From contig OZ025767.1 of assembly GCA_964019335.1 (NCBI GenBank), positions 1 to 25,242 on the forward strand: a stretch of DNA of 25,242 nt, in the 5' to 3' direction. Under the pieces are notes generated by a model, which searched no databases, was not told where the DNA came from, and saw only the letters and a list, made by a program, of their open reading frames with translations. This DNA is from Diplonema japonicum (lineage: Eukaryota > Protista > Euglenozoa: Diplonemea). Both the position numbers and the translations under genes were made by a program. Below are positions 7,226 through 21,831 of the stretch, piece after piece (position 1 is the first letter of the stretch; the number at the start of each line of letters is the position of its first letter).

Positions 7226-8592
7226 GTGAAACAACATATTTACTGTGTTACACTGTCCACACTAATGGTATCACTACATGTCCCAATACTACAATAGTCA
7301 AGGGACTAATGTACTACCTCCGTACTACTTGATATACTCTGATGCACCCTGATATCCCGGATGTCCCTTTTTGGGCTGAAATGGCGTCCGAGGCTCACCG
7401 GGCCTTTTCCTAAAAAGGGCATTTCATTTCTCAGAATTGGTCCCGGACCATTTCCTCCAGTCTTCGAATAAAATGAGGTACCTCCAATAAAAGTGATATT
7501 TTGGGGATGCCCAAATCCACTGATATTACTAGTCTTAGGATCTCACTGTTATACACTGTCTATACACCTCCATATTCTACTCAGCATATGGCTAGATATT
7601 AGGTGTACAGTATCCTGCAATGGCATCACATGAGTTCATACAGTTAGCAGTCTGCTACTAGGATCCACAGAGGTCTAAATGTTGGTGAAACAACATATTT
7701 ACTGTGTTACACTGTCCACACTAATGGTATCACTACATGTCCCAATACTACAATAGTCAAGGGACTAATGTACTACCTCCGTACTACTTGATATACTCTG
7801 ATGCACCCTGATATCCCGGATGTCCCTTTTTGGGCTGAAATGGCGTCCGAGGCTCACCGGGCCTTTTCCTAAAAAGGGCATTTCATTTCTCAGAATTGGT
7901 CCCGGACCATTTCCTCCAGTCTTCGAATAAAATGAGGTACCTCCAATAAAAGTGATATTTTGGGGATGCCCAAATCCACTGATATTACTAGTCTTAGGAT
8001 CTCACTGTTATACACTGTCTATACACCTCCATATTCTACTCAGCATATGGCTAGATATTAGGTGTACAGTATCCTGCAATGGCATCACATGAGTTCATAC
8101 AGTTAGCAGTCTGCTACTAGGATCCACAGAGGTCTAAATGTTGGTGAAACAACATATTTACTGTGTTACACTGTCCACACTAATGGTATCACTACATGTC
8201 CCAATACTACAATAGTCAAGGGACTAATGTACTACCTCCGTACTACTTGATATACTCTGATGCACCCTGATATCCCGGATGTCCCTTTTTGGGCTGAAAT
8301 GGCGTCCGAGGCTCACCGGGCCTTTTCCTAAAAAGGGCATTTCATTTCTCAGAATTGGTCCCGGACCATTTCCTCCAGTCTTCGAATAAAATGAGGTACC
8401 TCCAATAAAAGTGATATTTTGGGGATGCCCAAATCCACTGATATTACTAGTCTTAGGATCTCACTGTTATACACTGTCTATACACCTCCATATTCTACTC
8501 AGCATATGGCTAGATATTAGGTGTACAGTATCCTGCAATGGCATCACATGAGTTCATACAGTTAGCAGTCTGCTACTAGGATCCACAGAGGT
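7226..8592. repeat. 459-bp tandem repeat, 2.98 copies
   Basis: GTGAAACAACATATTTACTG starts at 7226, 7685 and 8144. The third copy diverges after CCACAGAGGT at 8592. Confidence 0.97.
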
Positions 8593-10349
8593 TCACAATC
8601 CTAGAATTTAGGGTTCAAAAGGGCCAGATTCTGGAATATCTAATCCTCCGGTAGGTACCGGGGGATGATTTATTAGTGAATTTAGCCCTAAATTATCCTG
8701 GGCTACGCTCGATTTAAATATCGGGCTGTTTCACCCTTTTAACAACTGAATTCTGTAAGGCCCAAATTTAGGGTCTTTTCTGAGGGTCCCAATTTCGTGA
8801 TCCTGTGGCCCAAAGTTGCCGGGACGAGTAAATACTCGAATTTCGTAATTGGAACAATTAAGGTGTCATCTCTAATTCCATAATAGGAGCCCTTTGGAGT
8901 GAATTATTATACCTTATTTATACCCTCTAACCTGATATTGGGACATCCCAAAATAGAGGGATATTTGGACCCTTCTGAGACAGGGGTATTTAGGGAAATC
9001 CCTGGAATAATACATTCCTGAAGTTAAAAGGGAAATTCATTATTTCACTAAATTAGGAAATTGCAACTTCTTACTTTATGGTAGTCTCCATTTCCGGAAG
9101 GCGAAATACCCCTATTTTGGCTCTTTTTAGGGCCTCGGAATCGTACGATTACTTTTTGTTGGAGTCCGAGGATCGTCGTAATTCGTAAACGCAAAAGAGC
9201 CTTAAATAAGGCCTCAAATTGGGAAATCCTCTAATTTCCCCTTTGGCGGAAACTGCGCCAAAAGCAAGCCCAAGTAATCGGGGCCTTTGTCCGTAGCTAT
9301 GGCTGAAATGAGGATGAAATAGTGACTCAGATATTAAACTAAAGTTCGCCTTTTCTGAGAGGTCAAAAGTGCCTCTTTTTGGGAAATAAGATTTACCCCA
9401 GATTACTCGAAGCTGGTGCAGGAAAAGTATTGGCACTACTCCGGAACAATAAATTCCTATGTTTTGCGGAGGATGAAAGATGATGAAATAGTTACCTCTG
9501 GATTTCAGCAGATTTGGGCTAGTTTAGCACCTAGTCCTGCGTACGGGGATTATTCCTAGCACTACTCTTAATATTCAGGGTTTGGCGAATTCTGAGAAAT
9601 AAATCCATTTAGGGCTAAAACCCAGTCCTCGTGGGAACTTTTATCCCTTTTATCCCCTAAAATGGGGTGTATAATTAGGGTGTGAAATAAGGCCTATTTA
9701 GGTAGTGTCCCGTGAGCCAGGATTGAATTGGTACTTTTCCTTTTATTCCATAAATAATGGAAAATAAATAAAGTGATTTATTTATTTCACTAAAATAGCT
9801 TAATGCCGATTCTACGTTGCACCCGCCGAAGGTAATATGAAGTAGATATTTTGAGAACCGGAAATACGCCTTTTTTGGCGATTCGTCCGACTCTCACCGT
9901 GAGGTAGGACATCGTAAAAGTGCCCAAAAACACCCTTCTTCCCAGAGAATTGGGGTTTTGCACTTTTTGGGTGTTTAGAAATAGCTCCAAAAGGGACCAT
10001 TTTCCATTTTGAGAAAAAAAAGGAAAACACGGCCCCACGACGAACTCCTTACCACCTCATGACCCCCCAAATACCCCCTAAACTTTTCACAAAATTTAGG
10101 CCCCTTTTTGGCCATTTTGGGTACTTTTTTACGGACGAATTCTTCAAATTACCTCGCCTCGTCCCAGAGAGGTTTTTGCTAATTTGCAAAAATCGTCCGC
10201 TACGTCCCAGAAACGGGGTTCAAAACCGTGATTTTAGAGGTTCCGTTTCTGAGAAGGTTTGATAGGGCTTCTCCGAGGAATTTGCAGAAATCACCCGATA
10301 CAGTCCTGAAAGGCCTACACACGTAGCATTTTGGGGAATTCCTGAATAT

Positions 10350-10523
10350 TCTCTGGGAGTTTACGGGGTAATTCTTCAAATTCACCCGCCTCAGTCCCCA
10401 GAGATTCTACGTCCCTGCAGCCCTCCGATTTCGGGTCACGTCTCTGGGAGTTTACGGGGTAATTCTTCAAATTCACCCGCCTCAGTCCCCAGAGATTCTA
10501 CGTCCCTGCAGCCCTCCGATTTC
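10350..10523. repeat. 83-bp direct duplication, unit 2
   Basis: Repeat copy. Confidence 0.95.
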
Positions 10524-13374
10524 TGGAAACCCTTGTGGGACACTACGTAAGAATTCTGCAAATTACCTCGCTATATCCCCCACGCGCGCGCGCGCGCGTA
10601 AGGACAAAAGAAGACCCCCGGTAGGGAAGCCCGCTGCAGGCGAGAGGCAGATGGCCCCGCTGGCCCTAGGCGTACGTGCAAGAAGTACGAAGGAATCAGA
10701 CATGACTGGAGTTCGCGTAGTCTACGGAGCGGGCCCTCGCAGAGCATACCATAGTATAGGTGTGCAGCGATGGCCGGACGAGCATGCGTAGCAGCGGAAG
10801 TTCGAGACATCGACTCCACCGACGTGGTGATGCACCAAGAAAGGGCAGTGTCCACTTGTATGGACGTAGTCATAGTACAATGGATAATGCCCGGCGTGCA
10901 TTGCCGCTGCCCCGCTGGCAGGCGTTTGATTACCACAACCACTCTGAGGAGTCCACGGGTGGTAATCAAAGACACACAAGAAGGCCCACTGCAAGTGTAA
11001 AGAAGATTAAGACAGAGTCCGTAAGAGTGCAGGACGAGTGCGCGACACGCAGCATGTGTGAGCGGCACCGTTCCAAGCGGGCGTGACGGAGGCGCTGGCC
11101 CCTGCGGGAACCTAGCATCCACGGCAGTGATGCGACGTGTTTAGGCCCCTGCGGGAATAGAATGAATGAGGCATGTGCATCCGGAGCTAGGTGCAAAGCG
11201 GAGGACCTGCCACAGCCGAGAGCCTGTGCCTTTGTGATGCGAGGGTCGTCCCGTGAGCATGCCACAAATGGCCAGTGATTACTTCCATAACTTATCAGTG
11301 AGTCAGACGCAATGCGAACGGTTTCTCACCTCTAGAGCGGGAGCTGCTCCAGCAGGAGCGAGGTGAGTAAGTAAGTTTCCCGAAATGCAAGCGTGCGATG
11401 TAGGTTAGATCTCGATAGCCCATTAGATGGCGCAACTAGGGGCAGAGATAGATCGCCGTATAGCAAGGAGCGCTGCAGGTCGAGGTGCGAACCTCAAGCA
11501 TGTGAGGGAGGTAGCGTCACCCAGTTAGGCAATCGCCTTCTGGGTGTGTGCCGGACGAGGAGCGTAGGGGTCCAGTACCGTGATGAGGCAAACGCAGGTA
11601 GTTCTAGCGAAGCGCATAGCGACGCGTAGGAACGTATCCGTAGTAGTGTACGTAGTACACTAACGCAGGACATAAGAACCTATGGTTCGTTGCCAGGGTG
11701 CATAGCGCCCGTACAGCGGTGCAGACGAATAGGGACGAGCCTCGACGGTATTCGGAATAATATAAAAAGGAGGTGAAAAGCATCACCCGATGCACAGAGA
11801 CGAATCAAGGATATCATCCGTATCATGTAAGACAGGTGTCTAGCCTGAATACATGAGGTGGGGATGTCTCCGTCCGTTAGGTGATAAGGGTACCGAGGAT
11901 GAAAGCCCGACAATACGAAGTATTGGCGCACGCCATCAATGGTATCATGATCGGAACGTTATCGTAGTGTGCCAAGACCTTCATCCGCTCAGAGGAGTCC
12001 ATGGATGGAGGTTACAGGTACACGTGATTATGCACGTGGTACTGCCCGATAACGATTAGACTAGGTACATGAATGTACCTAACGAGCTGATCCCGCATAG
12101 CGTGGAGCACGAATGTAAGGTCTAGGCGTGGGTAGTAACTGTGGTTATGCGATAGAGGCCTCCCAGTTCTCAGAGAGGTTCGGCCGCAGGGTAGGTATGG
12201 CGACCGAGGTCCAGGAGTGGCGATGACGCCAGAGAACCGAGCTCGAAGATCGGGGGACGTACTTTGACCTCAACACTGATCCATTCCGTACCTGGGATGG
12301 ATGCGTAGTGATGCGTAGATCACGTGCAGCTGCTCTCTTGGAAGAGAAGCTGAACATTAAGAGTGATCGAGATACCGCTGCAGTATGTGGTACCAGACTG
12401 AGAGGGAATAGCATGCCACTACAAGACATGAGGAGGTCAGGCCACCATTGATAGTCGTCGAGTCCCCACGAACCACGAGACGGCTCCTCCGCGCAATGGT
12501 GGTCGTAATGCAGAGTGAGCGTAGCGTGGCACATTAGAGCAGCGGAAGATGATCTCCGGCCATAGGAGAATCAGCTGACTCTTAGCGAGTGCCGATGGAC
12601 TTGTGCTCGTTTCTGGGCGAGCAAGTGACAAGGACATATTTTGAAGGGTAAGCGGAGCGCCGCGTATTGCCCCCGTGCTGACGGTAGGCCATACCTCACC
12701 ACAACGTGTGGGGAGCAGATACCTATAAGGTATATGGCAGTGCGCAGACACCCTGAACATATATGTACTTGTCCGTCAAGGCCATTAGGAAAAGAGAGAA
12801 GGTCGGAGGGGACGTGCACCATCAGCCCTGCGTCGAGAAGAGCCCTCGAGGGCTGCCTATGCATCCACCTTAGTGGAGGAGCAGCACAGAGGTATCCTCG
12901 ATGGATGGCAGCGTTAGACCTTTTGTCTTGTGAATACAGCCTATTGCGCAAGCATAGATCATGGTACATGGAATAGGCATGCAGCGGATGGGTAGGCTGT
13001 ATGAATGGGCTCTGAAGGGACTAAGGACCTGAGATCACCAGCCTCCAAACTGGTGATAGCAGATTGGTCCAGCAACAGGACTAGAGGTCTTACTGTTGTG
13101 GTCCCGAGAAGAGAGTCGCCCCCGAAGCGACCGAGAGCCACCAGGATAGGTGCTGTAGAGACAAGCATTGGATCGAATGTCTGGCCCTGAACCTTACAGC
13201 ATATCACTATCGGTGTATATGCGCTGAGGAGAATGGTCCAGGCAGAGAACGACGCAAGGAATAGGCACCGCATGACCAGCTCCCATTCTGATGCACACAG
13301 CCGTGAAGTAGATATGGGAGTGCAGTTCCTGCGATGAGAATCTAGCAGGCCATAATGGTGCCTCCGTGTACCAG

Positions 13375-13682
13375 CAATGATCAGCCTGAGATACTAGATA
13401 CGAATGCAGGGCATCTCTGTAAGAGATATTGGTGCAAAGCGCAAGGCACATCAGCCACCCATAGGCTGATGAATTACTAAGCGGAACACCAGCTTCTAAG
13501 TCCACGTACGCCATACAAGCATAGTGAGTAGGAGCGCTATCGTGTGAGCTTTCTATGTATAGAATAAGGAAGTGGGACCTTCCGGATATAGAGTGCCTCC
13601 GTGCACTCATGACCGATAGGGAATACTGTGGTTGCTGGCAGCATACTACTAACAGTAGTGTTGCTCCATAGACCAACAGTAG
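13375..13682 (-). rRNA. Candidate miniature mt-SSU rRNA, copy 2
   Basis: Repeat copy of 4918-5225. Confidence 0.4.
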
Positions 13683-15280
13683 GCTGATGAGCAGTGTGTG
13701 AATTGCAGCCCCTTTGCGGAGCTACCACGTTAGTAATACGTACGAGTTACGACGATGGGAGGAGCTACCAGTGGACTCCAATGCTGAGTCCCCACCGTGG
13801 GACCACGCGGATGTCCATTGTAGCGATCGGGTATTACGGGAGACTGGTCAGTAGCGGAGTTGGGATGCTGCAAAGACATACTAACGGATGGATGCCCTTG
13901 TTCCCGAGAGAGGGAAAAGAATCCTGTATTGGTAAACGTATCTATGCACTACGGTACATGATTAAGGCTCCAATGGGGGCTGCCCGAATTGCCCCGCATG
14001 AAGTAGCCCTACAACGCACCGACGCGGAGTCCGGAGTAAGTAAAGGATTATCAGTGACCGTGTGCCCCAAATCCGTAGGCTTTAGCGTAGCGGATGTCAT
14101 GAACGTGCTTGGCGTAGATAGGACGGAGACACGATGTGATGGCTACTGCTCCAGGCTTGCAACCCTATTCTGGGTCCAGAGCCGTGTGACAGTAATATTA
14201 CAATGAGTGCTTGAGTATGCTCCGTATCTTCGGAGCTGAGGTAATATCCTCGTTAAGAGGCTGGGAGTGCTGCTCCGAGGGACCAGACTTAGAGTTATTA
14301 CCGAAGGCTACCATCGCGCCTCCGGGCAGCGGGGCCAACGACGAACCGAAGGCAGGCCCCCACACTTCCATGAGAGGAGGGCAGGAAAGTGCATGTGTCG
14401 TGCACGGCTGCTTCATGACAGGTTCTGCAAGTGGCGTCTGTGTGGAGGCACAGCAGGTCGAGTAACGGGTGATCGAGACGCTGGGCATACAGGATAAGAG
14501 GTAAAGGCTTGCCATCGCCTCCAGGTTAATCAAGTAGGTCTTGGCCTCCGTGCCAACTACGCAGCATACCTGCGGCAAGGATTCCAGAGTCCCCATTTAT
14601 GGAGGACCGATAAAGGATGGATGCATATCCTCAGATGTGCATTCAGAGCATCATCCGGATATAACAGCTAAGCTGATACAGCAGCTGTATAGCAGTAACG
14701 GTGTCTTAGTTACTGGCATCGGAGGATAGCGACTTGAGGGTACTCTTCAATGTACTGGAGTAATAGATCCGAACAGGGTGAATGGAGCGGGCATAAAGTG
14801 CGAAGTACGCCTGCCCTAGTCGCAGTAATTGGAGCAGAAGGAGTATATCCTCAGGCGACGCAACGCGCCACGGCAAGGAAGGAGGTGACCAGAGGATGTA
14901 GGACTGGATGAGACAACCTCAGGCCTGTCGCATCCTTGTGTAAGATATCGCAAGGATGCATCATGTCTGAGGGCATGCAGATAGCAGCAGACTACCAAGA
15001 GTGTGATTACCGCAGATGGCTCGACGGGACGAGAGAGATCATTCAAGGAGCTAATCTTACACTCGTCGAATGCTGAGCTGCGGTTCATACTGCAACGATG
15101 AGGCATGGAAGCACGATTGCTGGCCGCTTCTTGGCCAGCAGGTGCGTCCCTAAGCTTGCACTCTGCAAGTCTACTCCAGGACCTAGGCGCGGCTTCATCG
15201 GAGAAGCCGGAAAGAGCGCGCTCCTTGCCACCTCTAGCAAGGCGCGCTCAGCGAAGGATCGCAATTCAGATGCGGCCTTC

Positions 15281-15544
15281 GCAACCTGACTACTGATAGA
15301 CGCTTACCTTCTCATCATAGGAAGCTCCTGGATAGATGAAGGTGCGGGAACAGCCTGAACAGTCTATCCACCATTGAGTATGAGCATGAGTCACGGCGGT
15401 ATCGCAGTAGACGTCTTCATCATCTCACTGCACGCAGCAGGAGTGTCATCCTTGAGTGGTGCCATCAACCTCATGGTTACGGGATGCTACGCACGCAGGA
15501 CTATGAGCAGTATCCTACAGGTATCATTATATCCATGATCGGTA
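15281..15544 (+). CDS. cox1: cox1 internal module, copy 2
   Basis: Repeat copy of 6824-7087. Confidence 0.95.
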
Positions 15545-15682
15545 GGTACATGGTTACTAGAGTATACCGCCACCATAGTTGTAAGGCTATGCTGATAAGG
15601 ATATCAGCATGTATCCCAATACAACATGCTCTCTCTGAGGGCATCTCGTTGAGTATTTATGCCTTTAATAATCTGATACCCT

Positions 15683-17049
15683 GTGAAACAACATATTTAC
15701 TGTGTTACACTGTCCACACTAATGGTATCACTACATGTCCCAATACTACAATAGTCAAGGGACTAATGTACTACCTCCGTACTACTTGATATACTCTGAT
15801 GCACCCTGATATCCCGGATGTCCCTTTTTGGGCTGAAATGGCGTCCGAGGCTCACCGGGCCTTTTCCTAAAAAGGGCATTTCATTTCTCAGAATTGGTCC
15901 CGGACCATTTCCTCCAGTCTTCGAATAAAATGAGGTACCTCCAATAAAAGTGATATTTTGGGGATGCCCAAATCCACTGATATTACTAGTCTTAGGATCT
16001 CACTGTTATACACTGTCTATACACCTCCATATTCTACTCAGCATATGGCTAGATATTAGGTGTACAGTATCCTGCAATGGCATCACATGAGTTCATACAG
16101 TTAGCAGTCTGCTACTAGGATCCACAGAGGTCTAAATGTTGGTGAAACAACATATTTACTGTGTTACACTGTCCACACTAATGGTATCACTACATGTCCC
16201 AATACTACAATAGTCAAGGGACTAATGTACTACCTCCGTACTACTTGATATACTCTGATGCACCCTGATATCCCGGATGTCCCTTTTTGGGCTGAAATGG
16301 CGTCCGAGGCTCACCGGGCCTTTTCCTAAAAAGGGCATTTCATTTCTCAGAATTGGTCCCGGACCATTTCCTCCAGTCTTCGAATAAAATGAGGTACCTC
16401 CAATAAAAGTGATATTTTGGGGATGCCCAAATCCACTGATATTACTAGTCTTAGGATCTCACTGTTATACACTGTCTATACACCTCCATATTCTACTCAG
16501 CATATGGCTAGATATTAGGTGTACAGTATCCTGCAATGGCATCACATGAGTTCATACAGTTAGCAGTCTGCTACTAGGATCCACAGAGGTCTAAATGTTG
16601 GTGAAACAACATATTTACTGTGTTACACTGTCCACACTAATGGTATCACTACATGTCCCAATACTACAATAGTCAAGGGACTAATGTACTACCTCCGTAC
16701 TACTTGATATACTCTGATGCACCCTGATATCCCGGATGTCCCTTTTTGGGCTGAAATGGCGTCCGAGGCTCACCGGGCCTTTTCCTAAAAAGGGCATTTC
16801 ATTTCTCAGAATTGGTCCCGGACCATTTCCTCCAGTCTTCGAATAAAATGAGGTACCTCCAATAAAAGTGATATTTTGGGGATGCCCAAATCCACTGATA
16901 TTACTAGTCTTAGGATCTCACTGTTATACACTGTCTATACACCTCCATATTCTACTCAGCATATGGCTAGATATTAGGTGTACAGTATCCTGCAATGGCA
17001 TCACATGAGTTCATACAGTTAGCAGTCTGCTACTAGGATCCACAGAGGT
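15683..17049. repeat. 459-bp tandem repeat array, unit 2
   Basis: Repeat copy (+8457). Confidence 0.97.
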
Positions 17050-18806
17050 TCACAATCCTAGAATTTAGGGTTCAAAAGGGCCAGATTCTGGAATATCTAA
17101 TCCTCCGGTAGGTACCGGGGGATGATTTATTAGTGAATTTAGCCCTAAATTATCCTGGGCTACGCTCGATTTAAATATCGGGCTGTTTCACCCTTTTAAC
17201 AACTGAATTCTGTAAGGCCCAAATTTAGGGTCTTTTCTGAGGGTCCCAATTTCGTGATCCTGTGGCCCAAAGTTGCCGGGACGAGTAAATACTCGAATTT
17301 CGTAATTGGAACAATTAAGGTGTCATCTCTAATTCCATAATAGGAGCCCTTTGGAGTGAATTATTATACCTTATTTATACCCTCTAACCTGATATTGGGA
17401 CATCCCAAAATAGAGGGATATTTGGACCCTTCTGAGACAGGGGTATTTAGGGAAATCCCTGGAATAATACATTCCTGAAGTTAAAAGGGAAATTCATTAT
17501 TTCACTAAATTAGGAAATTGCAACTTCTTACTTTATGGTAGTCTCCATTTCCGGAAGGCGAAATACCCCTATTTTGGCTCTTTTTAGGGCCTCGGAATCG
17601 TACGATTACTTTTTGTTGGAGTCCGAGGATCGTCGTAATTCGTAAACGCAAAAGAGCCTTAAATAAGGCCTCAAATTGGGAAATCCTCTAATTTCCCCTT
17701 TGGCGGAAACTGCGCCAAAAGCAAGCCCAAGTAATCGGGGCCTTTGTCCGTAGCTATGGCTGAAATGAGGATGAAATAGTGACTCAGATATTAAACTAAA
17801 GTTCGCCTTTTCTGAGAGGTCAAAAGTGCCTCTTTTTGGGAAATAAGATTTACCCCAGATTACTCGAAGCTGGTGCAGGAAAAGTATTGGCACTACTCCG
17901 GAACAATAAATTCCTATGTTTTGCGGAGGATGAAAGATGATGAAATAGTTACCTCTGGATTTCAGCAGATTTGGGCTAGTTTAGCACCTAGTCCTGCGTA
18001 CGGGGATTATTCCTAGCACTACTCTTAATATTCAGGGTTTGGCGAATTCTGAGAAATAAATCCATTTAGGGCTAAAACCCAGTCCTCGTGGGAACTTTTA
18101 TCCCTTTTATCCCCTAAAATGGGGTGTATAATTAGGGTGTGAAATAAGGCCTATTTAGGTAGTGTCCCGTGAGCCAGGATTGAATTGGTACTTTTCCTTT
18201 TATTCCATAAATAATGGAAAATAAATAAAGTGATTTATTTATTTCACTAAAATAGCTTAATGCCGATTCTACGTTGCACCCGCCGAAGGTAATATGAAGT
18301 AGATATTTTGAGAACCGGAAATACGCCTTTTTTGGCGATTCGTCCGACTCTCACCGTGAGGTAGGACATCGTAAAAGTGCCCAAAAACACCCTTCTTCCC
18401 AGAGAATTGGGGTTTTGCACTTTTTGGGTGTTTAGAAATAGCTCCAAAAGGGACCATTTTCCATTTTGAGAAAAAAAAGGAAAACACGGCCCCACGACGA
18501 ACTCCTTACCACCTCATGACCCCCCAAATACCCCCTAAACTTTTCACAAAATTTAGGCCCCTTTTTGGCCATTTTGGGTACTTTTTTACGGACGAATTCT
18601 TCAAATTACCTCGCCTCGTCCCAGAGAGGTTTTTGCTAATTTGCAAAAATCGTCCGCTACGTCCCAGAAACGGGGTTCAAAACCGTGATTTTAGAGGTTC
18701 CGTTTCTGAGAAGGTTTGATAGGGCTTCTCCGAGGAATTTGCAGAAATCACCCGATACAGTCCTGAAAGGCCTACACACGTAGCATTTTGGGGAATTCCT
18801 GAATAT

Positions 18807-18980
18807 TCTCTGGGAGTTTACGGGGTAATTCTTCAAATTCACCCGCCTCAGTCCCCAGAGATTCTACGTCCCTGCAGCCCTCCGATTTCGGGTCACGTCT
18901 CTGGGAGTTTACGGGGTAATTCTTCAAATTCACCCGCCTCAGTCCCCAGAGATTCTACGTCCCTGCAGCCCTCCGATTTC
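18807..18980. repeat. 83-bp direct duplication, unit 3
   Basis: Repeat copy. Confidence 0.95.
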
Positions 18981-21831
18981 TGGAAACCCTTGTGGGACAC
19001 TACGTAAGAATTCTGCAAATTACCTCGCTATATCCCCCACGCGCGCGCGCGCGCGTAAGGACAAAAGAAGACCCCCGGTAGGGAAGCCCGCTGCAGGCGA
19101 GAGGCAGATGGCCCCGCTGGCCCTAGGCGTACGTGCAAGAAGTACGAAGGAATCAGACATGACTGGAGTTCGCGTAGTCTACGGAGCGGGCCCTCGCAGA
19201 GCATACCATAGTATAGGTGTGCAGCGATGGCCGGACGAGCATGCGTAGCAGCGGAAGTTCGAGACATCGACTCCACCGACGTGGTGATGCACCAAGAAAG
19301 GGCAGTGTCCACTTGTATGGACGTAGTCATAGTACAATGGATAATGCCCGGCGTGCATTGCCGCTGCCCCGCTGGCAGGCGTTTGATTACCACAACCACT
19401 CTGAGGAGTCCACGGGTGGTAATCAAAGACACACAAGAAGGCCCACTGCAAGTGTAAAGAAGATTAAGACAGAGTCCGTAAGAGTGCAGGACGAGTGCGC
19501 GACACGCAGCATGTGTGAGCGGCACCGTTCCAAGCGGGCGTGACGGAGGCGCTGGCCCCTGCGGGAACCTAGCATCCACGGCAGTGATGCGACGTGTTTA
19601 GGCCCCTGCGGGAATAGAATGAATGAGGCATGTGCATCCGGAGCTAGGTGCAAAGCGGAGGACCTGCCACAGCCGAGAGCCTGTGCCTTTGTGATGCGAG
19701 GGTCGTCCCGTGAGCATGCCACAAATGGCCAGTGATTACTTCCATAACTTATCAGTGAGTCAGACGCAATGCGAACGGTTTCTCACCTCTAGAGCGGGAG
19801 CTGCTCCAGCAGGAGCGAGGTGAGTAAGTAAGTTTCCCGAAATGCAAGCGTGCGATGTAGGTTAGATCTCGATAGCCCATTAGATGGCGCAACTAGGGGC
19901 AGAGATAGATCGCCGTATAGCAAGGAGCGCTGCAGGTCGAGGTGCGAACCTCAAGCATGTGAGGGAGGTAGCGTCACCCAGTTAGGCAATCGCCTTCTGG
20001 GTGTGTGCCGGACGAGGAGCGTAGGGGTCCAGTACCGTGATGAGGCAAACGCAGGTAGTTCTAGCGAAGCGCATAGCGACGCGTAGGAACGTATCCGTAG
20101 TAGTGTACGTAGTACACTAACGCAGGACATAAGAACCTATGGTTCGTTGCCAGGGTGCATAGCGCCCGTACAGCGGTGCAGACGAATAGGGACGAGCCTC
20201 GACGGTATTCGGAATAATATAAAAAGGAGGTGAAAAGCATCACCCGATGCACAGAGACGAATCAAGGATATCATCCGTATCATGTAAGACAGGTGTCTAG
20301 CCTGAATACATGAGGTGGGGATGTCTCCGTCCGTTAGGTGATAAGGGTACCGAGGATGAAAGCCCGACAATACGAAGTATTGGCGCACGCCATCAATGGT
20401 ATCATGATCGGAACGTTATCGTAGTGTGCCAAGACCTTCATCCGCTCAGAGGAGTCCATGGATGGAGGTTACAGGTACACGTGATTATGCACGTGGTACT
20501 GCCCGATAACGATTAGACTAGGTACATGAATGTACCTAACGAGCTGATCCCGCATAGCGTGGAGCACGAATGTAAGGTCTAGGCGTGGGTAGTAACTGTG
20601 GTTATGCGATAGAGGCCTCCCAGTTCTCAGAGAGGTTCGGCCGCAGGGTAGGTATGGCGACCGAGGTCCAGGAGTGGCGATGACGCCAGAGAACCGAGCT
20701 CGAAGATCGGGGGACGTACTTTGACCTCAACACTGATCCATTCCGTACCTGGGATGGATGCGTAGTGATGCGTAGATCACGTGCAGCTGCTCTCTTGGAA
20801 GAGAAGCTGAACATTAAGAGTGATCGAGATACCGCTGCAGTATGTGGTACCAGACTGAGAGGGAATAGCATGCCACTACAAGACATGAGGAGGTCAGGCC
20901 ACCATTGATAGTCGTCGAGTCCCCACGAACCACGAGACGGCTCCTCCGCGCAATGGTGGTCGTAATGCAGAGTGAGCGTAGCGTGGCACATTAGAGCAGC
21001 GGAAGATGATCTCCGGCCATAGGAGAATCAGCTGACTCTTAGCGAGTGCCGATGGACTTGTGCTCGTTTCTGGGCGAGCAAGTGACAAGGACATATTTTG
21101 AAGGGTAAGCGGAGCGCCGCGTATTGCCCCCGTGCTGACGGTAGGCCATACCTCACCACAACGTGTGGGGAGCAGATACCTATAAGGTATATGGCAGTGC
21201 GCAGACACCCTGAACATATATGTACTTGTCCGTCAAGGCCATTAGGAAAAGAGAGAAGGTCGGAGGGGACGTGCACCATCAGCCCTGCGTCGAGAAGAGC
21301 CCTCGAGGGCTGCCTATGCATCCACCTTAGTGGAGGAGCAGCACAGAGGTATCCTCGATGGATGGCAGCGTTAGACCTTTTGTCTTGTGAATACAGCCTA
21401 TTGCGCAAGCATAGATCATGGTACATGGAATAGGCATGCAGCGGATGGGTAGGCTGTATGAATGGGCTCTGAAGGGACTAAGGACCTGAGATCACCAGCC
21501 TCCAAACTGGTGATAGCAGATTGGTCCAGCAACAGGACTAGAGGTCTTACTGTTGTGGTCCCGAGAAGAGAGTCGCCCCCGAAGCGACCGAGAGCCACCA
21601 GGATAGGTGCTGTAGAGACAAGCATTGGATCGAATGTCTGGCCCTGAACCTTACAGCATATCACTATCGGTGTATATGCGCTGAGGAGAATGGTCCAGGC
21701 AGAGAACGACGCAAGGAATAGGCACCGCATGACCAGCTCCCATTCTGATGCACACAGCCGTGAAGTAGATATGGGAGTGCAGTTCCTGCGATGAGAATCT
21801 AGCAGGCCATAATGGTGCCTCCGTGTACCAG

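Larger units (their letters stand above)
1..8457. repeat. 8457-bp unit, copy 1 (putative circular mitochondrial chromosome monomer, diplonemid-like)
   Basis: The sequence at 1 recurs at 8458 and 16915, and every ORF in the track recurs at +8457 and +16914. The repeat is directly seen; the organellar and circular interpretation is inferred from the cox1 fragment. Confidence 0.97.
8458..16914. repeat. 8457-bp unit, copy 2
   Basis: ORF track matches copy 1 except for G>A at 15181 (6724 and 23638 are G). Confidence 0.97.

Noticed and set aside
692-7332. Standard-code ORFs in the supplied track as real genes
   Set aside because: They are short, overlap on both strands and have no recognisable domains. 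The real coding segment uses TGA=Trp and is absent from the track.
1-8457. Nuclear rDNA repeat (suggested by unit size and spacer subrepeats)
   Set aside because: No extended 18S/5.8S/28S conserved sequence, and the unit carries a mitochondrial-code cox1 piece.
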